From the NCBI RefSeq assembly GCF_009914755.1, contig NC_060945.1: a DNA stretch of 64,000 nucleotides. The stretch is one strand, 5' to 3'. Shown here piece after piece: positions 31,322 through 43,123 of this stretch. The translations under genes and the position numbers were made by a program. Source of the stretch: the human T2T-CHM13v2.0 reference genome, Homo sapiens. The notes beneath the pieces are model-generated. The model was given only the letters and a program-made list of their open reading frames with translations, made no database searches and was not told where the DNA came from. Numbering within the stretch: the first letter of the stretch is position 1; every line of letters begins with the position of its first letter.

Positions 31322-33254
31322 AGTGCTGTGGAACATATTCCAGGTGGCTGTGAAAGAATAAAGGGGATCCAGATGAAGCAGTGAACACATATGTGCAACA
31401 GGGAGTGTGTTTCAGTAAATCAGTGGCAGACAATGGAGTTTAGATCCAATGCATTCTATCATCACTAGTGAAGTGTCCTGAACAGAAACACTCAAGGATG
31501 AGTTTAGTATTGTATTTCAGAATTTATGGAACAAGATATATGCAGTGAAGGGGACCTGTAGCAAGAGAGATGGTTCAGCTGACATCTGCAGCCATCTTGA
31601 CCTAAGGTGATATGTGTGATGAGAGCTAAAAAGCAAGCAGTAGATACTACAATTTGATTCTATATAGGAGATGAATAAATAAATGAAACAAGATTTTCAA
31701 TTATACTATTTTAGCTCTCATAGAAAGTGGCGTTTCTGTTTTTATGGAAGTAAAGAGGAACCGGCAATATAATTAGTTGAAGAATGATTTCCCTCTATTT
31801 CAATTTAATTTACAGAGGAAACTCTTTTAAAAAATAATTTATAGTATATTTATCTAGTCAAGAGAATGATTGAAATAACTGAATATATTTGGCAATAAAC
31901 TCAGGGAAATTTTTAGGAATCTGTACCCCTCTTCACCTCTTTAATCTCTATCAGTAACTTCCTCCCCCAACTACCCAAACTAAGTGTACAATCTATATGG
32001 AGCGTTTGAAGTCACTATGCACCTATATAGCTTTAAGATAACCTGTTCAACACCTCCTATCACAAAATCCCTGAGTTAGAGTCTTAGATATAGAAATTCT
32101 AGAACCACCATTGACCTGATTATCTTGAGAGGTATGATTTGCATCATCTTACCTAACTTTGGTTTTGGCACGATTTAGAGGTAAGCTCTACGAGGGCAGG
32201 GATGTTTTCTTGTGCATTGCTGTTTTCTTAGTATCTAAAATAGTGCTGTGGACATTGAAGATACACTTTAAATTAAAATATCTTGACACTTCAGTATTTG
32301 TTAAATAGATCTCTGTATGTTGGAAGTCTAATTGCACAGTAGAACTAAGGTTAAGGAGGCATTATAAACTAAAGGACCACATGTCTCACTAGAAAACAAT
32401 GTGTATTCAATTTTTCTTAATGTCGTAGTGACAACTCAGTGATCTCAACGGCGAGTTCTGTTCTCCCTGCAGGATCAAGCCCTCTGAATATGGTTTTTAT
32501 TTTTTATGTTTCTTTTTTTTCTTTGCAATGTAAGTTTCAAGTATCATTATTCTCATGTGTTGAATATTAGCAATCCAGCTGCTTGAGTCGATTTAAAAGC
32601 ATTTAATTTTGTTTTTCTCTCACAGCTTCTGAGCCCACCGAAGTGTACTGCAATCCATCAAGACAGAAAATCCTGCATTTTGTGGTCCAGAGTATTTGGA
32701 ATTGATTTAGCTGTACCTGGATCCAAGTTGATTTGCCTTCAATCTCCCAGACTTAACTGTTGAAGTCTATAGCACATTAAGCATTTAGGTCTACAGAGTC
32801 ACAGCCATTCACTGACCCGGCTCTAATTTTCACTTGGAGTTAGTACTTTTTGATTTGGGATTTGTGAAAAGGCAAAAATATTTGTCAGACACCCACTGCC
32901 AGGAATGCTGATTTTAATTTCGTGACTTCTACTGCAGAAAAAAAAAAAAAGTTAATTTTCCCACTTGGAGTTTTTATCCATGGATATCAGGCTACAATAT
33001 TTCCCCCAGAGTTATCTTTCCTGCTTCCTTCTTTTGGCAAAACTTACACGGAGGTGAGTTTCCTCAATGTGGGCAGAAGGTTAAAGCAATAAGAACTTGC
33101 GGTTGCTGGCCTTCCTTGTAGCCTGGTTTCTGAATGCATTTAGGTTGATGTGGCATCGTAACACTCTCTAGGGCTTACAGGAAAACTTCGTTCTGTTCCG
33201 GAAGCTGCTGTGAGCCAGCGGCTATGAACTTGTGGCCCAGCCACAGGGAATCAG

Positions 33255-33362
33255 GAACTTCTGAGTTAGAGCCCAGACGCCACTGAGCCTCACTGAGTGA
33301 CCTCAAGCAAGTTACTTAACATTTGCCTGCTCCTCATTTTCCAGCTGTAAAATGGGGAAAAA
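33255..33362 (+). mobile_element. MIR fragment
   Basis: gtgacctcaagcaagttacttaac...cctcattttccagctgtaaaatgggga. Confidence 0.8.
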
Positions 33363-33639
33363 AAATATATTTGCTCATTCAAGTTAAGCAGTTTGCAAGT
33401 TGTTCCTACCGTACTGTGGGTTAATTTTTATGCATGTTTTTGGTTTTCATTTTTTGCTTTGTTTTTTCATAACAAATTTAAAAGGGGAAAGGGGGTGTAA
33501 TTTTATTTTTTAAAAGATGACACATAAAAATTGCCACAATTCGAACTGAACTTAAAAGATGTCAAGTATATCAAAATATAAATGTATAACCTTTTTTGAG
33601 CTGTGCTGTAACACTCATTAGATATTCCCTGCCAATTAT

Positions 33640-33776
33640 AGTGTGACTGCAATGAAGATGAAGTTTTTTTCATGTTTTCTCTCTACTGTGGCCCCAGAAT
33701 TTAGAACAGAGCCTGCCATACAATAAATGCTCAAAATACTTGCTAAATGCATTTAATGAACAAATTAATGAATGAA
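33640..33776 (+). mobile_element. L2 3' terminus
   Basis: ccccagaatttagaacagagcctgccatacaataaatgctcaaaatacttgctaaatg...aatgaatgaa. Confidence 0.75.
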
Positions 33777-34037
33777 AACATAATAGTCCAAGAAAATTAT
33801 AGAAAAAGTAAGTTCTTAATTTTACTATATATATAGACATTTGTTTCCTAATTAAGAATTAGAACAATAGGAAACAAAAACAATAAAAATTATAACTATC
33901 AATTTATGATACTATAGAATTCTTTATTGACTCTTTGGCTATCTAAAAATCAAAGATATCTGGGGAGCCTACAGAGTTTAAGTTAAAACACTGTTGTCCC
34001 ATACACTTTCATACCCCAAAGAACCATTGTTTATTAA

Positions 34038-34330
<293 letters not shown>

Positions 34331-34929
34331 ATTTATTAATTTTTTTTAATGTTACATATTATTTCAGGAGATTGCAAGAGAAGAGAATCATATTTGACAA
34401 AAACACATAAAAGAATAATTGCCTAGCTGAAATATATATTTTTGAAATGTAAAAAGAATGAGAAATTTTACACAAAAGAACATGGTAAATTAAGCATTGA
34501 CATAATGCCAAACAAACTTTCTAAAACTCGTTTCATTTGGTGACAAAATATATTTTTGTTCTTATTTTAGAATATTACTTTAGCATTTAAAAATAATTAA
34601 ACATTTTCCCATTATAGGATTAAAATAATTTAATTTCTGGAATTTTCTTTTTGTTATCAATTACTGTGGCATCAGACAGTTGTTTAAAGAGTGAATAAGA
34701 AGTATGATAGCAGTTTCACTAAATGGCAAGAAAAAGGTAGCTGAAAAGAAGTTAAATACAAATTTCTAGCTTTTATTTTATCACAATCTTTGAAGGTATT
34801 AAAAGGAAAAACCAATACATTGTAGTAGATTAGTTTTAGATTGAAATGAAAGATTTGCTTATTCTTTTATTTGGGAAAAAAAGATGAGTTTGTCAGAGAA
34901 TTAACTTTTTTTATTTCAATTTAAGAGTT

Positions 34930-35668
34930 AATAGGAACGCCTTTACACTGTTGGTGGGACTGTAAATTAGTTCAACCATTGTGGAAGACAGTGTGGTGAT
35001 TCCTCAAGGATCTAGAACTAGAAATACCATTTGACCCAGCTACCATACCATTTGATGCCATTAGTGGGTATATACCCAAAGGATTATACCTTTTGATGCC
35101 ATTACTGGGTATATACCCAAAGGATTATACCTTTTGATGCCATTACTGGGTATATACCCAAAGGATTATAAATCATTCTACTATAAAGACACATGCACAT
35201 GTATGTTTATTGTGGCACTATTCACAATAGCAAAGACTTGGAACCAACCCAAATGTCCATCAATGATAGACTGGATAAAGAAAATGTGGCACATATACAC
35301 CATGGAATATTACACAACCATAAAAAAGGATGAGTTCGTGTCCTTTGCGGGGACATAGGTGAAGCTGGAAACCATCATTCTCAGCAAACTATCACAAGAA
35401 CAGAAAACCAAACACCACATGTTCTCACTCATAAGTGGGAGTTGAACAATGAGAACACATGGACACAGGGAGTGGAACATCACACACCAGGGCCTGTTGG
35501 GGGGTGGGGGGCTAGGGGAGGGATAGCATTCAGAGAAATACCTAATGTAGGTGACGGGTTGATGGGTGCAGCAAACCACCATGGCACATGTATACCTATG
35601 TAACAAAACTACACGTTCTGTATATGTACCCCAGAACTTAAAGTATAATTTTAAGAAAGTGAAAAAAA
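34930..35668 (+). mobile_element. 5'-truncated L1PA7/8-like 3' end with internal 41-bp triplication
   Basis: ORF2 end and 3'UTR (gcagcaaaccaccatggcac); TSD AAGAGTT at 34923 and 35669. Confidence 0.92.
35048..35170. repeat. 3 x 41-bp tandem repeat
   Basis: Unit CC(A/T)TTTGATGCCATTA(G/C)TGGGTATATACCCAAAGGATTATA starting at 35048, 35089 and 35130. Confidence 0.95.
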
Positions 35669-36033
35669 AAAGAGTTGGAATGCATTGTCAATGACTCACT
35701 TATTGAAAATAACTGAACCAAGGTAGGAGCTTAGGTTATATGACGTTGCCATTATTGTTTCTAATGAAAGCAAAGTAATTACTCTCTTTGATGTAGATAT
35801 TTTTTAGCCATACTCTAGGAGTGAAGATTTCTGTGGACATTTGTTCTGAATATAAACAACTCCAAAAAATTACTCAGGTTCTTGCTAAACTTCTTTTCCT
35901 TTTGGTGTTCTTTAATGTTCTTCTGAAGGCACATAGCAGAAAGCCTCCATTTAGTGCTGAGAACTTTAATGCCCCTCATCTCCCACTAATCTTTTTTTAA
36001 TGATGAGAAGGAATGTTTAGAATCACTAAATCC

Positions 36034-36632
36034 TTGTAATTACTTTTCTATTGCTGCTGTAACAAATTATTGTTAGAATTTTAACAAGTGCAAATTTATT
36101 ATCGCACAATTCTGCAGGTCAGAAGTCAGGTGGGATCAACTGGATCTACTCTGGATCTCACAAGGCCAATGCCAAAGTGCTGGCATGCCAGGGTTTTTAT
36201 CTGAAAGCTTCTGAAAAGAATCCATTTCCAGGCTCATTCTGGTTGTAGACAGAATCCAGTTTCTTGTGCTTTTTGTGATCAAGGTCCCAATTTCCTTGCT
36301 GGCTGTCAGATGGGGTTTGCATTTAGCTTCTTAGGGGCCTCACTCTAATCTTTGCATGGAGCTCGATGCCTCAGCCAGCAAAGTGTATCAAATTCTTTTC
36401 ACACTTAGAATCTCTCTGACTTCTCCTTATCTCTGCCCCCAAACAGAGGACATTCTCTGCTTTTAAGGGCTCATATGATTAGATTGGGTTCACTTGGATA
36501 ATCCAGAATAATCTTCTTAGTTTTACATCATTCACTTTAATTGTATCTACAAAAGATTTTTCTGCCATTTAGTATGATATATTCACAGGTTTAGAGAGTG
36601 AACATCTTTAGGAAGACATTCTGCCCATCACA
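36034..36632 (-). mobile_element. MLT1 (E-like) MaLR LTR
   Basis: ctattgctgctgtaacaaatta start; ctgcttttaagggctcatatgattagattggg; attctgcccatcaca end. Confidence 0.85.
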
Positions 36633-39600
36633 TTCTTGAATTCACTAATTGTTGGAACTATTAGAATAAATGGATAAGAAAAAAAGTGCCCTAACCTAGA
36701 GATGGCAAAATTGAAATATTTAGAAAAAACTCTGTAATGCAATAGACAAAAATTTGAGCAACCTACCCTGTAACGTAAAGGTTCAGATCCAAGGCCTGTT
36801 TTGATCCACTTTTCCAAGATGCTGATATCAGATGAGCTCATCTGGAAATAATTAGACTTAAAAATCATCTTTGAATTAAATTAAAAATCTGAAAACTAGA
36901 AAGGATAGGACGTTGCTTAAATCAAGATTACTACCAGCCCATATAATGGTCTTAGTTTCATTGTATGGATTCCAAATCTTTTTCACCAAATAATTTCTTT
37001 ATTTTTTTCTTTTTTGCTTCTGTGCTTTATAGTTTTGAATCCAGCTGATTAGTTTGAATCTTGGACATATCTTGTTTTTGTTACTGTTGTTGATGGTGGT
37101 TGGTTGGTTGGTTGATTTTTAACTGCATTATGGTGAGAAATCTGCAGATACTTCCAATTTTTCAGGAATGTTTTGAAAAAGCACTTCCACTGTGCTGCCT
37201 TCCAGTTCTCCTCCTTCCAGACTGTCCTTGTTGCTTCTTGAATAAACCGAGCTTATTCTAACCCTTGGACATGGTTTCCTCCTTATGGAGGGTGCTTTCC
37301 ATGATTGTCATTGACTAACTCCCTGATGTTCTTCAGATTCAGTTTGGTCGTCATCATCTAGGAATTCTATTTGTCTACCTAATATAAAGTATACATTCAC
37401 CTATTCAATGTCATGTTACTCCATCTCAATTTTTTTCCATAGAAACTGTCACCAGCTGACATTTTTTATCATTTACTTATTTTTGATCGAATATTTTTTC
37501 CTATGTCCTCCTATAGTAGTACTAATGAATGAATGGATAAATAGGTGCAAGTATATCATTGCAGCCTTTTATTTTTGAACATTCTTCAAGACAAAATGAC
37601 ACAGATTACCTATAATTCCAGATTTCTAGCTATTGATACATTAGAACAAAAGCTGAGAATAAAATATTTTTTGCTTTAGTTAATGGATATGATATAACAA
37701 TAACTTAAGATGGTAGCATCTGTGGCTCTTTCGAAAACCCACTGTGATTTTCCATTGTCTGCATTCTTCAATTGTCCCCTTAGGGCCATTATTGAGATCC
37801 ATTCTCCCATGCTACTGCCCTGTATTTGGGGCTTACTTTTGTCCCATTTCTCTTTCATCAACAAGTCACACTGGGAGGGAGCAAACATCTCGATGTGGAT
37901 TTATCAGCAAATCTCTGGCACAGAGTGTTAAACCTGTCTAGAGTTTCAAATAGCATAATATGTTCTTTTCAACCACTATATAGACTTCATGTGTCCTGTG
38001 AAATACTACAGTTGCTATACTTCAAGTCCGAGTTAATGTTAAGAGCAAGTTTTGAGAGGAGGGTCCATTTTTTTGTACTTTTCACAAACACCCGTCTGAA
38101 AACAGTTACAGAAGTCTTGGGAACAGTTTTTCATAGCTTATCACCTCTTGTTCCCTCTGGCAGACATAGACGGCCACCCTGTAAGTCACAGGGATGGGTT
38201 TTCTGTGGTAATTGCTAAAGCATCGTCTTCCTGGAGTCTTTTCTTGTTTTCATGACTTCTGCATACACTTTTGATTGATATTTAGGCAATAGTGGATATA
38301 TGATATGTTTTTAGGAAGTTAGAGATTCCTTTAGATTTTTTAAAGAAGAGGTCCAATATTTTCAGAGCCTTGGAATTCGTTTCCAAAACCTCAGAGAATA
38401 GGGGGAAATGGTGTAGCACTGGTTACACTGCAGTTCCTGGTAGGGTGTGGAAGATGGTGTGGTGAGCTTGATTTCCTGTTTCAGAGATTAAAACAATTTT
38501 CTGAGGAAAAACATTTTTTCAAAAATCTTTTGGAGTATCCAGGGAGATTTCCTTCCAAGTGATTATTCCACAAAGGTAAGGAGGTGAGTCAGCCAGATGT
38601 GCTTTTTCTCATTTGGATAAACTTTTGATGGTCTCTGCTGAGGGACTTGAGTTTCCAACTTTTTGGACTCTGTCCAGCTGTTCTATTAGGGGAATGCACT
38701 TTTCAAATATGTTCAAGAATATAAGTCCTTCCAAGTACTTCTCTGACAAGTGTTTCTGTAAAACTGAATGGCAATTGCGGCATCCAAAAACATTAGAAAT
38801 GTGTATCTTTTGCATATCACAACAGTACAAAGAAGAAAGATGTGTGCTGCCCCCTGAACTGTAGTGCTTTTCTAAAATATGTTTGAACTTCAGATGTGTT
38901 TGCTTAAGGGTGTGATGGAACTAATATTCTTTATTTTGTGATAATGATTACTTGAGCACTGTCTGTGCCTTTTTTTTTTCCAAAGGAAGTACATTCTAAG
39001 CATTGCTTAATATCTGGCAGTCATTTAAGCAATAGAAAGAAACATTTGATATTTTTTGCATCATTTTCCATCCAAATAATAATATCAAAGCAAAAAAATA
39101 CCCAGACACTGGTTGTAAAAATATAGAAATTGTGGCAACAGCCAATTAGTTCCCAGAAAGTCTTTTGGTTTCATAAAACTTTCCATAATAATCATGCATT
39201 GGAAAATCTTCTGATACAAACAGGAGTCATAGTCAGGCTAATACATTAAATGAATCTAATTTATCCTCCTATTTCCAAAAAAGAAAACACATAGTCTGAA
39301 ATAGGATTCACAGAGCAACAACAAAAGCAAAAAAGATCAATATGTATTTAGTACACAGTAACTGAGGCAGAAACACTGCTATATTCATACACTATTACAT
39401 TTATACACTGTTTACATGAAGGAATTGTTGAGTGCTTGAAACATTTCAACGTGCAGTGCAACTCTGACCTGAGGTAGGATACAACAGGAAAAAATCAGGG
39501 ATTTTCCTGAAATCAATTCAATGCTGGTAACAAGTGCTTCAAAGACTGATCTATGGTTTCTACAGTGTTATTCACCAGGAAATGTACCCTCCAATAGCAA

Positions 39601-40151
39601 TATACCTTCTCTTCACTGTGTGCCATGGATAAATTTTAAACAAGGAAATTTTAAGATTGAGAAACTCTATGTTGTTTTACAGCTTCCTTCCTTAGAGCAA
39701 CTTTGGGATTTTAAATAAGTACCTTATGAAATTAAGTCATATGTGTTCTGTTTCCAGTACACTCTGAATATATGACTATATTGATTTTGGTGATTAGATC
39801 TATATCTTACCATGGTTGTATTTCTTGCTCCCAATAGACAAAAAGCAACCATAAGCCCCTTCTCACATGTTTAGTGATAGTAATCACTTCTAAAATAACT
39901 TTTTGTGAAATGACATTCCTCTTGATAACTTCACACATCGTATTTTGGATTTTAGACCTTGGCCATATAATCAGTTAATTTAATTTGAATGTAAGACACA
40001 GCTGGGATAAGATCCTGCTAAACTGAATACAAGTTAACTCCTTCTCTCCTCAGTCTCTCCTCATTTAAGATAAATATGTCATCTGTTTTCTATTGGGATC
40101 TTGACTAAGGCAGTGTTGTTACAACAGTCAAAATATGCTGTGTCTACTGTA

Positions 40152-40329
40152 ATTTGTTTTTGTTTTGTTTTGTTTTGTTTTTGAGACAGAGTCTTACTCC
40201 ATTACCCAGGCTTGAGTGCAGTGGCGCGATCGTGGCTCACTGCAACCTCTGCCTATTGGGTTCAACTTATTCTTGTGCCTCAACCTCCTGAGTAGCTGGG
40301 ATTACAGGCATGAGCCACCATGCCCGGCT
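40152..40329 (-). mobile_element. Alu right-arm monomer with (TTTTG)n tail
   Basis: Single arm; flanks TACTGTA(A/G)TTTG duplicated. Confidence 0.9.
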
Positions 40330-40667
40330 ACTGTAGTTTGAATCAAGATATTTCTCATGTAAATAACAATGTGAACATCTTAATTTCAGAAAATATTCTC
40401 TAATTAGACTCATTTTTTTTCTACAGTACTCTTCATTTAAACAAAATCTCAAAAGCATATAAAACACAAATGTTCTGAGTCTTGCCAACTTTTGACTACA
40501 TACATATTTGTGTACCTAGACTATATTCACAAGAGACCTACTAATGTAAACAGATAAAACATGAGTTATCAAAGAGTCTTCCCCCTTTATTTCCGAAATT
40601 CAAAATGAATGCCCTACATGCTCTTAAAACCACTCTTAGCTATTGAGAAAAACTTGAAAGCAACAAT

Positions 40668-41058
40668 TGCTGATTGCCAAATTTTCCCATAATTCTATCT
40701 CCTAGGCATATAGAAGAATTGTAATTTTTGTCCCCCATAAAAGTAGGTAGGGCTACTTGACTTGACTTGGTCAATGAAATAAGAGCAGAAGTGACATGTC
40801 ACTGCCTCTGAAAACGAGAGCCAGTGTCTAGTTCTCCAAGCTGCCTTCTTTCCTCATGCTTCAGAAAGTATGAAGACACAACTCAAAATAAAGCTTCCAG
40901 CATCCTGGAGTCTTGAATAACTCAGATGAGGAGAGCCCCTCTGTCAAAACAGTATGAACACTTAGGATCTGCAAGGAATATACTTAGCTTTTTAACGTAC
41001 TGAGACTAGGGGATGTTTTTGTTACTTCAGCATAATCTTGCCTATCCTGACTGATACA
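40668..41058 (+). mobile_element. Old MLT1 (I/J-like) LTR
   Basis: ttggtcaatgaaataagagcagaagtgacatgtcac; end tttgttacttcagcataatcttgcctatcctgactgataca. Confidence 0.8.
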
Positions 41059-43123
41059 ACTACTGTTACCATCCATCGTCCACCTGTGTTTCTTTCTTTG
41101 TCTTCAGCTCAGAAATCCCTTTGGCCACACAACTGTTACAACTAGCTATCATGCAGTCACCTATGTTCTACAGATGCAGCATAAATATCCATATCCCCTA
41201 TTGTTGCTAGATGCTATTGCAAAGGAAGAGGAGATGGCCTTTTTGAAACACTGTGCCACTTGGACAGCCAAAGAACTCTGCTTATGTTGCAGTGAAACAG
41301 TATCTCTCTTTAACAACTTTATTAGTTCTAGTCATTGTCCTTGCCATGAATAGCACTGATAGTTTTACTCCTGTCTTCAAGCAACTCATTTCCGAATTAA
41401 GAGACTAAGTAGGGAAATTATGTTCTGTAACATCTCCCGTTCTCCTATTCTTTCTCTTGTCCCATGTAAATACAGCAACAAAAATCTCTGTTTTGCTCAC
41501 TTATAAAACAAATGGTCTCATGCTAATCATTGAATGTAAACAGTTGGTGGTATTGATAGGGGGCAGGCAAGTTGTTCAGGCTAGTAGAATCTGAGCCATA
41601 CTTCACCCACCAAAAAATGTCAGGTTCCAGCAATGAAACAGATCATCTGAAGCTGGTGCCTCACCTCGTTTTCCTGTTTTACCAGTGATTTTACTGAGTT
41701 TTTAAAAGCCACTGAACTATAAAACCTTTTAATCTGAAAAAGTAATAGTTCATCATAGATTCGAACTATTATGTAGTTTTTTTTTCAATTACTTACTGTC
41801 AGATTATCTTTCTCCCAATTGTTTATAAATAATGGTAATTCATATTAGACGGTACCTTTATTGGGTGATTCCTCATGTATATTTATAAGTCAGCTCATAC
41901 AAAGTTACAATTTCAAAGATACATATGAACATAAAATATTTAGAATGCAATGAAAATTCTGATTCTCTGCGAATGACTTGCTCTTAGTTTAAATTTTTTA
42001 TTAAACTGTTTCTGTAGCATAATATATTTTATATTAGATTTATTCTTCAAAAATGAGCAATAAACAAAGGCTGATTGGACCACATGATTTGACTATTTTT
42101 ATTTTGCATGTAGTGCTATAAGCCACAGATTTTTTTTTTCTGATTCTCATCTCCCAGTTTTCCCAGCTACCCATTTAACCAGCCAGCCACCCTCCAGTTC
42201 ATTACACACCAATGTGCTACATCTTCTTTTTATCAACTTACCCTTTTATCTAATACTTCTACCTAGTATTTTCCTAGTATTTGCACTTCATATCTCATGT
42301 ATCTAAAGTAAATACATATATTTTAAAACTTTATATTTTAAAATTTTATCAAAACAGTACATGTACAATACTTAAGCAAAATAATGTCAGTAGGTTAATA
42401 TTTTAAAATAGCAGTCACTGTCCCATCCCCTCTTCTTCAGGTTTTATTTTTATTTTTAACTTTTATTTTAGGTTTGGGGGTATTATGTGAAGGTTTGTTA
42501 CATAGGTAAACTTGTGTGATGGGGGTTTTGTTGTACATATTATTCCATCACCCAGGTATTAAGTATCCAGTAGCTACCCTTTTGCTCCTCTTCGTTCTCC
42601 TGCCATCCCACTTCAAGTAGACTCCAGTGTCTGTTGTTTCCTTCTTTGTGTTTATAAGTTCTTGTCATTTAGCTCTTATTTATAAGACAGAACATGCAGT
42701 ATTTGGTTTCTGTTCCTGCATTAGTTTGCTAAGGAAAATGGCCTCCAGCTCCATCCAAGTTTCCGCAAAGGAAATGATCTCGTTCTTTTTTTATGGCTGC
42801 ATAGTATTCCATGGTGTATATGTACCACATCATCCAATCTGTCATTGATGGGCATTTAGGTTGATTCTATGTCTTTGCCATGCCATTGTGAATAGTGCTG
42901 CAATAAACATTCACATGCATGTCTTTATGGTAGAATGATTTATATTCCTCTGGGTATATACCCAGTAATGGGGTTGCTGGGTGGAATGGTAGTTCTATTT
43001 TATAGAACATTAAGGAATTGCCATAGTGCTTTCCACAATGCTTGAATGAATTTACACTCCCACCAACAGTATATAAGTATTGCCTTTTCTCTGCAACCTT
43101 GCCAGCATCTGTAGTTTTTTGAC

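Noticed and set aside
31021-31433. Three overlapping F/L/S-rich ORFs
   Set aside because: Artefact of the GA-rich tract.
35048-35170. CRISPR-like repeats with a palindrome
   Set aside because: No unique spacers, L1-derived, primate DNA, no cas genes.
37676-38864. Possible decayed pseudogene (several 65-130 aa ORFs)
   Set aside because: No recognisable protein motif in any frame; ORF lengths are compatible with chance.
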